Shown one piece after another: positions 41,177-54,677 of a DNA stretch of 64,000 bases. The notes below the pieces were generated by a model that was not told the origin of the DNA, ran no database searches, and saw nothing but the letters and a program-made list of their open reading frames with translations. The position numbers and the translations under genes are program-made. Source of the DNA: an uncultured Bacteroidales bacterium (GTDB lineage: Bacteria; Bacteroidota; Bacteroidia; Bacteroidales; WCHB1-69). Location: NCBI GenBank assembly GCA_900317715.1, contig ONHS01000003.1:7954-71953 (forward strand), written 5' to 3'. Each line of letters starts with the position of its first letter. Position 1 is the first letter of the stretch.

Positions 41177-44100
41177 TTAATCTTCCTCTTTAGATGCCAT
41201 CAAAGATTCATACTCTTCCTTCGAACCAACCTCGATATTCTGATAAGCGCGGATACCCGTACCTGCCGGAATCTTCTGACCGACAATGACGTTCTCCTTC
41301 ATACCGATCAGGCTGTCGGACTTGGCGTTGATAGCAGCCTCGGTCAGCACCTTCGTCGTCTCCTGGAAGGATGCAGCGGAAATGAAGCTGTGGGTCTGTA
41401 GAGAAGCGCGGGTGATACCTTGCAGAATCGGCTTACCAGTAGCAGGACGTGCGTCGCGGGTCACCACCAAGCGCATATCTTTACGCTTCAGCAATGAGTT
41501 GACATCACGCAGCTTCTTGGCAGAGATGATCTGACCTTTGCGAATCGTGTCGGAATCGCCGGCATCTTCGACCACCTTCTTATCCCAAATCTGGTCGTTC
41601 TCCTCTTGGAAGTCGATCTTATTGATGAGCTCGCCTTGCAAGAACTTGGTGTCGCCCGGATCCTCGATTTCCATCTTGCGCATCATCTGACGCACAATGA
41701 CTTCGAAGTGCTTGTCGTTGATCTTCACACCTTGCAGACGGTACACCTCCTGAATCTCATTGATGATGTACTCCTGCACTTTCTGTGCACCCTTGATGTT
41801 CAAGATGTCCACAGGGGTGAGAGAACCTTCAGACAGCGGCGTACCAGCCTTCACGAAGTCGTTCTCTTGAGCCAAAATCTGCTTGGAAGTCGGGATGAGA
41901 TAGGTCTTCGCACCCTCGCCAGAATCCACACGCGGGGTAATCTTCACGACACGGTTACCACGTTTCAGCTTCTTCTCGAAGGAAACGACACCGTCGATTT
42001 CAGACACCACAGCGGGATCGGAAGGATTACGAGCCTCGAACAACTCAGTCACACGCGGCAGACCGCCCGTGATATCGCCGGACTTACCGAAGGAACGCAG
42101 AATCTTAACCAAGATCTCACCAGAATCGATGACTTGACCCTCTTCCACTGCTAAACGGGCACCCACAGGAACGTCGAAGCTCTTGATGATGTCACCATCT
42201 TCGTCAACGATGTTGATACTCGGGTTCTTCGTCTTCAGACGGCTCTCGATGATCACCTTATCGTGGATGTTGGTCTGCTCATCGGTCTCCACGCGGTAGG
42301 TCACGCCTTCAATAATATCGTTGAACTGAACCTTACCGGCCACGTCAGACAGAATCACTGCATTGAACGGATCCCAATCAGCGATCAGGTCGCCCTTCTT
42401 GATGCTGTCACCGTGTTTGAAGTAGAGGTTAGAACCGTAAGGCACGTTCGCAGAGGAGAGTGCCACACCGGTTTTCACATCGATGATCTTGATTTCTGCC
42501 GTACGGCCGATCACCTTGTAGTAGAACTTGCCAGTGTCGTCGGTCTTCTCCAAAGCACGCAACTCGTCGATGCTCAACACACCGTCGTAAGAAGCCATGA
42601 TGCTACTGTTGGCAGCCACGTTACCTGCGACACCACCGACGTGGAACGTACGCAGAGTCAGCTGTGTACCAGGCTCACCGATAGATTGTGCGGCAATCAC
42701 ACCGACAGCCTCACCAATCTGCACCATCTTGCCAGTAGCCAAGTTACGACCGTAACACTTCTGGCAGATACCGTGCTTGGATTCGCAGGTCGGGACGGAA
42801 CGGATTTCCACCTCCTCAATAGGAGAATCTTCAATGATCTGACAATATTTCTCGGTTAACTCCTCACCGGCGCGAATGATCAACTCGCCAGTCTGAGGAT
42901 GATAAACGTCATGCAATGTCACACGACCTAACAGACGGTCGTACAACGTCTCCACCACTTCCTCGTTGTTCTTCAACGCGCTCACGGTCATACCGCGCAG
43001 CGTGCCGCAGTCTTCCTCATTGATGATCACATCGTGGGAGACATCGACCAAACGACGGGTCAGATAACCTGCGTCAGCGGTCTTCAATGCGGTATCAGCC
43101 AAACCCTTACGAGCACCGTGCGTAGAGATAAAGTACTCTTGCACTGAAAGGCCTTCCTTGAAGTTAGACAAAATGGGGTTCTCAATAATCTCGCCGCCGG
43201 AAGAGCCAGCCTTACTGGGCTTTGCCATCAAACCACGCATACCGGACAGCTGACGAATCTGTTCCGCAGAACCACGGGCACCAGAGTCGCGCATCATGTG
43301 CACGGGGTTGAAGCCCTGGCGGTCCTCCTCGATTTCCTTCATTAAAATCTTGGACAGACGCGCGTTGCACTGTGACCACACGTCGATGACCTGGTTGTAA
43401 CGCTCGGTGTTGGTAATGAAACCCATGTTATAGTTCATGGTGATTTCATCAACCTGAGCATTAGCCTCAGCAATCAACTTCGGTTTCTCAGCAGGCACAA
43501 TCACGTCACCGAGGTTAAACGACATACCGCCTTCGTATGCCATACGGTAACCGAGGGTCATGATGTCGTCAAGGAACTGGGTACAGGATTTGTTACCGCA
43601 CTTAATCAGCACGTCACCGATGATATCGCGCAACGCCTTCTTAGTGAGCAACATATTGATATAGCCATATTCTTTAGGCACCACTTGGTTGAACATCACG
43701 CGACCCACGGTGGTGTCAACAATCTTTTGGGTACCCTGCCCGTCGATATCGACACGGCATTTGATTTTGGCGTTCAGATGAACTTTCTTTTCGTTATAGG
43801 CAATCATCACCTCTTGCGGGCCGTAGAAGATACCACCTTCGCCGGGAACCTTATGGTCTGGAGTAGAAGGCAGTTCCTTCGTGATGTAGTACAGACCCAA
43901 GACCATGTCCTGAGAAGGCACGGTCACAGGTGCACCGTTAGCCGGGTTGAGAATGTTGTGGGATGCCATCATCAGCATCTGAGCCTCCATGATAGCGGCA
44001 TTGCCCAGCGGGACGTGCACAGCCATCTGGTCACCGTCGAAGTCGGCGTTGAATGCCGTACAGCACAACGGGTGCAAACGGATAGCCTTACCCTCGACCA

Positions 44101-45463
44101 AACGCGGCTGGAAGGCCTGGATACCCAAACGGTGCAACGTAGGAGCACGGTTCAACAATACTGGGTGACCCTTCAGGATGTTTTCGAGGATTTCCCACAC
44201 GACAGGATCCTTACGATCCACAATCTTCTTCGCAGACTTCACCGTCTTCACAATACCTCTTTCGAGGATTTTACGGATAACGAACGGTTTGAACAACTCG
44301 GCAGCCATATCCTTCGGCAGACCGCACTCATTCAAGTGCAAGTCGGGACCAACGACGATAACCGAACGACCAGAGTAGTCAACACGTTTACCGAGCAGGT
44401 TCTGACGGAAACGTCCTTGTTTACCTTTCAAGCTGTCAGAGAGAGATTTCAACGCGCGGTTGGATTCCGTTCTCACAGCACTGGATTTCTTGGAATTATC
44501 GAACAAGGAATCAACAGCTTCCTGCAACATACGTTTTTCATTACGCATAATCACATCGGGAGCCTTAATTTCCATGAGGCGTTTCAGACGGTTGTTACGA
44601 ATGATGACGCGACGATAGAGGTCGTTCAAATCGGAAGTGGCGAAACGACCGCCATCCAACGGCACCAAAGGACGCAACTCCGGCGGAATCACCGGCACCG
44701 TCTTCACAATCATACGCTCCGGACGGTTGTCGGCGCGCTTGCGGCTGTCGCGGAAAGCCTCAAACACATGCAGACGTTTCAGCAAGTCTTTCTTACGCTG
44801 TTGTGAGGTCTCACGATTGGCGCGATCACGCAACTCGTAGGATTCAGCATCCAAATCCACCATGCAAAGCAGATCATACAATGCTTCGGCACCCATCTTG
44901 GCGATGAACTTGTTAGGATCAGTATCATCAAGCAGACGGTTATCAGCAGGCAACTTCTCGTACAAGTCGAAATACTCCTCTTCAGTAAGCAGTTTGCCCT
45001 TCTTGATCTCATCGCTTTCCATGATACCGCCTTGGATCACGATATATTTCTCGTAATACACTACAGCTTCCACCTCTTTGGTGGCCAAACCCAAAAGAGC
45101 ACCAATCTTGTTCGGCAATGACTTGAAGAACCAGATATGCGCCACGGGCACAACCAATTGGATGTGACCCATACGCTCACGGCGGACTTTACGCTCGGTA
45201 ACTTCCACACCGCAACGGTCGCAGATGACCCCTTTGTAACGGATTCTCTTGTACTTACCGCAATGGCATTCCCAGTCTTTCATGGGACCGAAAATCTTCT
45301 CGCAGAACAAACCGTCACGCTCAGGCTTCAGCGTTCTGTAGTTGATGGTTTCCGGTTTCAGAACCTCACCGTGAGACTGTTCCAGAATAGTCTCCGGGGA
45401 AGCCAGACTGATGGTTATTTTATGAAACTCTTTACGGGTATTATTATCTTTTCTGAGAGCCAT
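41177..45463 (-). CDS. rpoC: DNA-directed RNA polymerase subunit beta'
   Basis: 1428 aa. Zinc-finger CHCGKY...CDRCGVEV and the catalytic [12 protein letters not shown] motif. Confidence 0.98.
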   Translation of the reverse strand: MALRKDNNTRKEFHKITISLASPETILEQSHGEVLKPETINYRTLKPERDGLFCEKIFGPMKDWECHCGKYKRIRYKGVICDRCGVEVTERKVRRERMGHIQLVVPVAHIWFFKSLPNKIGALLGLATKEVEAVVYYEKYIVIQGGIMESDEIKKGKLLTEEEYFDLYEKLPADNRLLDDTDPNKFIAKMGAEALYDLLCMVDLDAESYELRDRANRETSQQRKKDLLKRLHVFEAFRDSRKRADNRPERMIVKTVPVIPPELRPLVPLDGGRFATSDLNDLYRRVIIRNNRLKRLMEIKAPDVIMRNEKRMLQEAVDSLFDNSKKSSAVRTESNRALKSLSDSLKGKQGRFRQNLLGKRVDYSGRSVIVVGPDLHLNECGLPKDMAAELFKPFVIRKILERGIVKTVKSAKKIVDRKDPVVWEILENILKGHPVLLNRAPTLHRLGIQAFQPRLVEGKAIRLHPLCCTAFNADFDGDQMAVHVPLGNAAIMEAQMLMMASHNILNPANGAPVTVPSQDMVLGLYYITKELPSTPDHKVPGEGGIFYGPQEVMIAYNEKKVHLNAKIKCRVDIDGQGTQKIVDTTVGRVMFNQVVPKEYGYINMLLTKKALRDIIGDVLIKCGNKSCTQFLDDIMTLGYRMAYEGGMSFNLGDVIVPAEKPKLIAEANAQVDEITMNYNMGFITNTERYNQVIDVWSQCNARLSKILMKEIEEDRQGFNPVHMMRDSGARGSAEQIRQLSGMRGLMAKPSKAGSSGGEIIENPILSNFKEGLSVQEYFISTHGARKGLADTALKTADAGYLTRRLVDVSHDVIINEEDCGTLRGMTVSALKNNEEVVETLYDRLLGRVTLHDVYHPQTGELIIRAGEELTEKYCQIIEDSPIEEVEIRSVPTCESKHGICQKCYGRNLATGKMVQIGEAVGVIAAQSIGEPGTQLTLRTFHVGGVAGNVAANSSIMASYDGVLSIDELRALEKTDDTGKFYYKVIGRTAEIKIIDVKTGVALSSANVPYGSNLYFKHGDSIKKGDLIADWDPFNAVILSDVAGKVQFNDIIEGVTYRVETDEQTNIHDKVIIESRLKTKNPSINIVDEDGDIIKSFDVPVGARLAVEEGQVIDSGEILVKILRSFGKSGDITGGLPRVTELFEARNPSDPAVVSEIDGVVSFEKKLKRGNRVVKITPRVDSGEGAKTYLIPTSKQILAQENDFVKAGTPLSEGSLTPVDILNIKGAQKVQEYIINEIQEVYRLQGVKINDKHFEVIVRQMMRKMEIEDPGDTKFLQGELINKIDFQEENDQIWDKKVVEDAGDSDTIRKGQIISAKKLRDVNSLLKRKDMRLVVTRDARPATGKPILQGITRASLQTHSFISAASFQETTKVLTEAAINAKSDSLIGMKENVIVGQKIPAGTGIRAYQNIEVGSKEEYESLMASKEED

Positions 45464-45485
45464 TTTCTTTCAGATGTTTTATTTC

Positions 45486-49289
<3,804 letters not shown>

Positions 49290-49360
49290 GGCTGTTAATT
49301 TTTTAATTGACGAAAATACTGATTATTAACAGAATACCAATCAGCAGGTATTATAAAACA

Positions 49361-49408
49361 GCAATAAGAACAAGGCTTCCACACGTGGTGGAAGCGTTGT
49401 TCTATTGC
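49361..49408 (-). terminator. Long hairpin in the rplL-rpoB spacer; a probable attenuator or partial terminator
   Basis: Core GCTTCCAC-acgtg-GTGGAAGC, extended by AACAAG/GTTGTT and GCAATAAGAAC/GTTCTATTGC. A T-rich stretch follows on the minus strand. Confidence 0.6.
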
Positions 49409-49426
49409 TTAAGGTATGAGTTGAAA

Positions 49427-49804
49427 CTATTTAATTTCAACCTCTGCACCAGCTTCTTCGAGAGACTTCTTCAAAGATTCAGCTTCGTCTTTGGAGATGC
49501 CTTCCTTGACAGCCTTAGGTGCGCCGTCAACTAACTCCTTAGCTTCCTTGAGGCCGAGGCTGGTGAGTTCCTTCACCAACTTCACAACCTGCAGCTTGTT
49601 GCCACCGGCTGCCTTCAAGATTACGTCGAACTCGGTCTTCTCTTCAGCTGCGGCTGCGCCACCTGCTGCGGGACCTGCTGCTACTGCAACTGCTGCTGCA
49701 GCGGGTTCGATACCGTATTCTTCTTTCAAAATTTGAGCTAACTCGTTAACTTCTTTAACGGTCAAGTTCACTAATTGTTCTGCAAATGCTTTCAAATCTG
49801 CCAT
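49427..49804 (-). CDS. rplL: 50S ribosomal protein L7/L12
   Basis: 125 aa. Ala-rich hinge and a conserved C-terminal domain ([13 protein letters not shown]). Confidence 0.97.
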   Translation of the reverse strand: MADLKAFAEQLVNLTVKEVNELAQILKEEYGIEPAAAAVAVAAGPAAGGAAAAEEKTEFDVILKAAGGNKLQVVKLVKELTSLGLKEAKELVDGAPKAVKEGISKDEAESLKKSLEEAGAEVEIK

Positions 49805-49856
49805 AATTGTTATTTTTTTTATTGTTTTTACTAAATTGAATTATTTGTTTTTTGTT

Positions 49857-50375
49857 TTATGCTCTCTCAGAAAGAGTTTTAACGATACCGGCCAACTTGC
49901 CGCCACCTGACTGCAAAGCAGAAACAACTTGTTTTGCAGGTGATTGCAGTAATGCCACGATGTCGCCGATCAATTCCTCGCGAGACTTGATGCTGCAAAG
50001 CATCTCCAGTTGGTCATCGCCAATATAGACAGCCTCTTCAATGAAGGCAGCCTTGATGAGGGGCTTTGCATTTTTCGCCCGGAAGTCCTTTATCAACTTC
50101 GCAGGCACGTTACCCGTGTTGCACAACATCACAGCCGTCGGGCCATTCAAAGTTTCATACAACTCTGAATAATCCTTCTCTGACTGCTCCATGGCGCGTT
50201 TCAAAAGGGTATTCTTCACCACTTTCAACTTCACGTCCTTGCTGAAGCACAACTTGCGTAACTGGTTGACTGTGCTAACCGTAAATCCGGAAATATCCGT
50301 TACATACACGTGAGAATAGTTAGCCAAGTCCTGAGCAATTTCTTCAATAATTTGACCTTTTTGTTCTTTTTTCAT
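49857..50375 (-). CDS. rplJ: 50S ribosomal protein L10
   Basis: 172 aa. Position and sequence are typical of L10. Confidence 0.95.
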   Translation of the reverse strand: MKKEQKGQIIEEIAQDLANYSHVYVTDISGFTVSTVNQLRKLCFSKDVKLKVVKNTLLKRAMEQSEKDYSELYETLNGPTAVMLCNTGNVPAKLIKDFRAKNAKPLIKAAFIEEAVYIGDDQLEMLCSIKSREELIGDIVALLQSPAKQVVSALQSGGGKLAGIVKTLSERA

Positions 50376-50389
50376 ACTAACTAATCTTT

Positions 50390-51085
50390 TTAGATGGTAA
50401 CTGATTTCGGATCAACTTGCACGCCAGGGCTCATCGTCGTGGAAAGATAGATACTCTTGATGTAGGTACCCTTTGCGCTTGTCGGTTTCAACTTGATCAC
50501 CGTTGACAACATTTCACGAGCATTGTCGGTCAATTGATCAACGCTGAAACGGTTTTTACCGATAGACGTGTGGATAATACCGTATTTGTCAACCTTGAAG
50601 TCGATCTTACCGGCTTTCACCTCAGATACGGCTTTTCCGATTTCCATCGTCACGGTACCGGATTTCGGGTTCGGCATCAAGCCACGCGGACCGAGGATTC
50701 TACCCAGCGCACCGATCTTCGGCATCACGCTCGGCATGGTGATGATGACATCAACATCCGTCCATCCTTGCTTGATTTTATCTACATATTCCTCTAAGCC
50801 CACGAAATCAGCGCCCGCAGCCTTTGCTTCTTCCTCCTTATCGGGAGTACAGAGCACGAGAACACGCACTTCCTTACCTGTGCCATGAGGCAGAGTCACG
50901 ATACCACGCACCATTTGGTTGGCCTTTCTCGGGTCAACGCCCAGACGGACGTCGATGTCGAAAGAAGCATCAAACTTGGTGTACGTGAGATCTTTCACCA
51001 CCTGGATAGCTTCCGGCAAAGCGTATATCTTGCTCTTATCAAATTTAGCAAAAGCCTCTTTGCGTTTTTTTGATATCTTAGCCAT
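50390..51085 (-). CDS. rplA: 50S ribosomal protein L1
   Basis: 231 aa. Motifs LPHGTGK and [10 protein letters not shown]. Confidence 0.97.
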   Translation of the reverse strand: MAKISKKRKEAFAKFDKSKIYALPEAIQVVKDLTYTKFDASFDIDVRLGVDPRKANQMVRGIVTLPHGTGKEVRVLVLCTPDKEEEAKAAGADFVGLEEYVDKIKQGWTDVDVIITMPSVMPKIGALGRILGPRGLMPNPKSGTVTMEIGKAVSEVKAGKIDFKVDKYGIIHTSIGKNRFSVDQLTDNAREMLSTVIKLKPTSAKGTYIKSIYLSTTMSPGVQVDPKSVTI

Positions 51086-51107
51086 TTGTTTTGATTTTAC
51101 TTGTTAA

Positions 51108-51557
51108 TTAATTTTGCTCAAAAGGATTCTGGCCACCTTTCACATTGACACCCATGCTGCGTGCAGTACCTGCAACCATAGACATAGCAGACTCGATCGT
51201 AAAGCAGTTCAAGTCTTTCATCTTGATTTCAGCGATGGCGCGCACTTGGTCCCAAGTGATCGTCCCCACTTTCGTGCGGTTCGGCTCTCCTGATCCCTTC
51301 TGAAGTTTGGCAGCCTCCATAACCTGGACAGCAACCGGCGGCGTTTTGGTAACAAAGTCAAAGGATTTATCCTTATAGACCGTGATGATCACAGGAATGA
51401 CTTTGCCAGCTAAATCCTGCGTACGAGAATTGAACTGTTTGCAAAATTCCATGATATTCACGCCCTTGGAACCTAAAGCAGGACCTACCGGCGGTGACGG
51501 ATTGGCGGCACCTCCCTTAATCTGTAACTTAATTAAGCCAGCAACTTCTTTTGCCAT
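51108..51557 (-). CDS. rplK: 50S ribosomal protein L11
   Basis: 149 aa. Motif PPVGPALG. Confidence 0.97.
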   Translation of the reverse strand: MAKEVAGLIKLQIKGGAANPSPPVGPALGSKGVNIMEFCKQFNSRTQDLAGKVIPVIITVYKDKSFDFVTKTPPVAVQVMEAAKLQKGSGEPNRTKVGTITWDQVRAIAEIKMKDLNCFTIESAMSMVAGTARSMGVNVKGGQNPFEQN

Positions 51558-51596
51558 TGTTTTTAATTTAAAATGTTTGTAACTGATGCACAGACG

Positions 51597-52151
51597 TTAT
51601 ATTTTTTCAACTTGCATAAAACCGAGCTCAAGCGGGGTCTTACGTCCGAAGATTTTCACCGTAATCTTCAGCTTCTTTTTCTCAGTGTCAATCTCTTCGA
51701 TGATACCGTTAAAAGTGTTGAAAGGTCCGTCGATAACTTTCACCTCCTCACCTACTAGATAAGGCTGTAACAAGAACTCATCCTGTGTGGAGAGCTCGTC
51801 TACTTTACCCAACAGACGAGAAACTTCATCTTTGCGCAACGGAATAGGAGGATCGCTTTTACGTTTGCATCCGACAAATCCCAACACGCCAGGAATTTCA
51901 AGCAGCTTGGCACAAACCTCCTGAGTCATGATTGCCTCGACAAAAATGTAACTCGGGAAATAATTGCGCTCCTTCACCACTTTCTTTCCGTTTTTCGTGC
52001 TGTGAAAAACTTTCTCCGTAGGGATCAGAACCTCAAAGACAGAATCCTTGAGACTGGAAAGTGCAACTTCACTGTCAATGTTCTGTTTAACCTTCTTCTC
52101 CGTTCCCGTCACGGATTTAATCACATACCATTTACGCTCTAATTCAGCCAT
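51597..52151 (-). CDS. nusG: Transcription termination/antitermination factor NusG
   Basis: The track start at 52157 is TTG. ATG 52151 gives MAELERKWYV. Contains an NGN domain plus a KOW motif (GEEVKVIDGPF). Confidence 0.93.
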   Translation of the reverse strand: MAELERKWYVIKSVTGTEKKVKQNIDSEVALSSLKDSVFEVLIPTEKVFHSTKNGKKVVKERNYFPSYIFVEAIMTQEVCAKLLEIPGVLGFVGCKRKSDPPIPLRKDEVSRLLGKVDELSTQDEFLLQPYLVGEEVKVIDGPFNTFNGIIEEIDTEKKKLKITVKIFGRKTPLELGFMQVEKI

Positions 52152-52191
52152 GTTCAAGTTACTTTAGGATATAATGCCTGTTATAAAGAAA

Positions 52192-52380
52192 CTAAACAGT
52201 TGGGAACATCAAGTTCATTCCCAAATTGAAGAGGCTATCCATCAAAAACACGATAAACGCGATTATAAGGGAAGCAATGGATACCACTACAACACTATTT
52301 CCAAGTTCTTGCATGGTCGGCCAGGTCGTTTTATGAACCAGCTCATCATACGTCTCTTTAAAATAATTGACTATCTTCAT
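52192..52380 (-). CDS. secE: Preprotein translocase subunit SecE
   Basis: 62 aa with a single C-terminal TM. Motif ELVHKTTWPT. Lies immediately upstream of nusG. Confidence 0.88.
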   Translation of the reverse strand: MKIVNYFKETYDELVHKTTWPTMQELGNSVVVVSIASLIIAFIVFLMDSLFNLGMNLMFPTV

Positions 52381-52562
52381 TTCTTTATATTTTTTCTATT
52401 TTTCAAATTTTCGCTCAAATTTCCGCGTTTTCAACACCTCTACCCTACTCCAAATTGAATAGATTTGCGTTTACAACGCCACTCAACACAATCTATATCA
52501 AGCAGTTAAAAATCAACCCACACATTCTTTCCATTCCAAATAACGATTTTTAAACAAGCTGG

Positions 52563-52570
52563 CAAATATA
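52563..52570 (-). promoter_or_regulatory. -7 promoter box TATATTTG (minus strand), candidate secE-nusG promoter
   Basis: Exact TAnnTTTG preceded by an A8 run. Implies a leader of roughly 175 nt. Confidence 0.4.
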
Positions 52571-52690
52571 GCATTTTTTTTAATCAAACCCCCACTGTTG
52601 AAAAAAAAATTTCACTATGGCACGCTTTTTGTAGTAAAAATCGTTAACCATCTGAGAATCAAAACCTAATCTCTTAATCCTCCCACAGAT

Positions 52691-52778
52691 CTTCCATCTT
52701 ACTTCTTCCATCATCCATCTTCCAACATTCATCATTCATCATTCTTCATTATGCATTATGAATTATGAATTATGAATT
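52691..52778. repeat. Opposed heptamer arrays: CTTCCAT/CATTCAT, then CATTATG/AATTATG
   Basis: Read directly. ATGAATT is close to the reverse complement of CATTCAT, giving an imperfect inverted repeat. Confidence 0.88.
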
Positions 52779-52806
52779 AAAAAAGGGACTCCCTTCCGGA
52801 AGTCCC
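52779..52806 (-). terminator. Rho-independent terminator of the OmpA-family gene
   Basis: Minus strand: GGGACTTCC-gg-AAGGGAGTCCC imperfect hairpin followed by T6. Lies 25 nt after the stop at 52831. Confidence 0.7.
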
Positions 52807-52830
52807 TTCTTCTAACGAGAATAGTAATAA

Positions 52831-54348
52831 TTATCTTTTGACGATTCTAAAGATAGCAGCACGATGCTCTTCGCGGCTAGGATCCGTGATGTTTTGTCTG
52901 TTTTGAGGATCGTTCACCGTATAAGAGGCAGTTTCAATTTGATCGGGAGACACGCCCTTCTGGATGAAGAGATTTCTAACGTTGTTAGCTCTTCTTTGAG
53001 CGAGGTCACGATTATGTTGTTCTGAACCTAAATCGCAAGTATAACCTTCAACGATGAGCTTCAAAGAAGGATTAGCCTTCAAGATAGCTACGGTTCTGTT
53101 GATATTGTCGTTATAATCAGCAATCTTAGGAATATCTTTATCTAAGTCAAAGAGAATCTTGGTCTTGGACAAAACGTCGCTCAACTCATTGATAGCGGCT
53201 TTGTCTTCAGGAGTCAGATAATCGTCATCATCATTCAACTGATCGCAAACAGGAACAATGTAGATGTACTGAGGATCTTGTTTGATAATGATAGGCTCAT
53301 TAGCCTTCTTCTTGAGTTCTTCCAGAATTTCTTTTTCGATATCCTTCTTGGATTTCTCTTCAGGAGTAGCACAACACTTGAAGTGGAAACCAGCCTTTAC
53401 ACCAACTTGGAGAAGATTCCATTTCGTTTGGTTTTTCTTAATCTCGTTGTTTTGATAAGCCACGTTGAGCATATCAGAACCGAGCGTACCATTGAATTGG
53501 ATGTCACCATTGTTAGCAAGACCTAACAGAGGAGTTTTTTCTTTAGGAAGAATATCCAAGAAACCATACTTACAGTAAGCACCAACGTAGAAATCAGTCT
53601 TTTTGCTGATAGCGAAAACACCACCGAAATCGGCGACGATGTCAGCAGAAACTCTCATTTTCACATTGCGGCCTTTGCCAGTATAAGAAGCTTCACCAAA
53701 GTGGTTGTTCATCTTAATTTGACCATTTTCTTCATGAACGATATACCATTGGTTATAAAGGTCTTCATAACCACAGGTAGTAATGGTACCTTCACCTACG
53801 TATTTGTTGTACGCTTTGATAGGAATATAAGCCTGAACACCGAGAGCTGCATAGATACCATTACGGCCATCAAAACGCCAGTCGAAATGAGCTTTCAAAG
53901 GAACTTCAACTGCCCAAACAACTTCTTTTTCTTTCAAACCGTTAGCATCATAATACAGATCATAAACAGGATTGTAATTCACTGGTTGAGCAAAAGCAGG
54001 ATCGTTAGGATCGCTGTAACCCGGGATTACACCACTCTTGGAGAAGGAAGCCTTAGCACCAATGCGGTTCAAACCAGTACCGATGCTCAAGCCCCAATGT
54101 TCGTTGAAGAAGTAAGCATAGTCAATATCTAACATCGTGCTATGAGAATAGTATTGGTTAATACCAGCTCTTCTGTAGATATTGTTAGTCCAAGCCTCAC
54201 CCGCATGAATGTTAACGTGATGAGGGCAGAAGGTAGAAGTCTCATAATTGTCCGAATTAACTCCGGCATTATTTTCAGTTTGTACCTCTTGACCAAAAGC
54301 GGTACACATCGCGAAAATAAGACTGACTAATAATAAATTCTTTTTCAT
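52831..54348 (-). CDS. OmpA-family outer-membrane protein (N-terminal beta-barrel plus C-terminal OmpA-like peptidoglycan-binding domain)
   Basis: Signal peptide ending AFG|Q. Aromatic-rich beta-strand region. C-terminal IVEGYTCDLGSEQHNRDLAQRRANNV motif. Confidence 0.88.
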   Translation of the reverse strand: MKKNLLLVSLIFAMCTAFGQEVQTENNAGVNSDNYETSTFCPHHVNIHAGEAWTNNIYRRAGINQYYSHSTMLDIDYAYFFNEHWGLSIGTGLNRIGAKASFSKSGVIPGYSDPNDPAFAQPVNYNPVYDLYYDANGLKEKEVVWAVEVPLKAHFDWRFDGRNGIYAALGVQAYIPIKAYNKYVGEGTITTCGYEDLYNQWYIVHEENGQIKMNNHFGEASYTGKGRNVKMRVSADIVADFGGVFAISKKTDFYVGAYCKYGFLDILPKEKTPLLGLANNGDIQFNGTLGSDMLNVAYQNNEIKKNQTKWNLLQVGVKAGFHFKCCATPEEKSKKDIEKEILEELKKKANEPIIIKQDPQYIYIVPVCDQLNDDDDYLTPEDKAAINELSDVLSKTKILFDLDKDIPKIADYNDNINRTVAILKANPSLKLIVEGYTCDLGSEQHNRDLAQRRANNVRNLFIQKGVSPDQIETASYTVNDPQNRQNITDPSREEHRAAIFRIVKR

Positions 54349-54387
54349 AATATCTTTTACTTTTTTTATTCTGAGATGATTGTGAAA

Positions 54388-54420
54388 CCGGGGCTTAGCG
54401 GCCGGAGCCGCTAAGCTCGG
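54388..54420 (-). terminator. Strong hairpin between the giant T9SS gene and the OmpA-family gene
   Basis: CCGGGGCTTAGCGGC-cgga-GCCGCTAAGCTCGG, a 14-bp stem with one mismatch. Only a weak U tract. May be a terminator, attenuator or processing site. Confidence 0.5.
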
Positions 54421-54431
54421 TATTCAACATA

Positions 54432-54677
54432 CTATTTTACGATAACGAATTTAACAGTCTTGATTTCATTTGTACCCGTCAAGATACGACCGAAGTAAGT
54501 ACCTTGTGCCTTGAATCCTTCAATCTTAGTGATCGGAGTCAAATCAGTCACGTGGTTGATAAGAGCACCAGTCACGCTGTAGATGTCGAGGACTGCACCT
54601 TCGAGTTCTTCAGCTGTCAAATCAAGTTCGATAGTGATTTCTTGACGAACATTTGCAGGAACAGGATAAACCTTGAC
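54432..54677 (-). other. T9SS C-terminal sorting domain (CTD) of the giant protein
   Basis: The last 81 aa are VKVYPVPANVRQEITIELDL...LDIYSVTGALI...GTYFGRILTGTNEIKTVKFVIVK. This is the same pattern as the CTD of 7435-9153. Confidence 0.8.

Noticed and set aside
52381-52562. An expected tRNA-Trp upstream of secE.
   Set aside because: No cloverleaf could be built, and there is no T-loop or acceptor complementarity on either strand.
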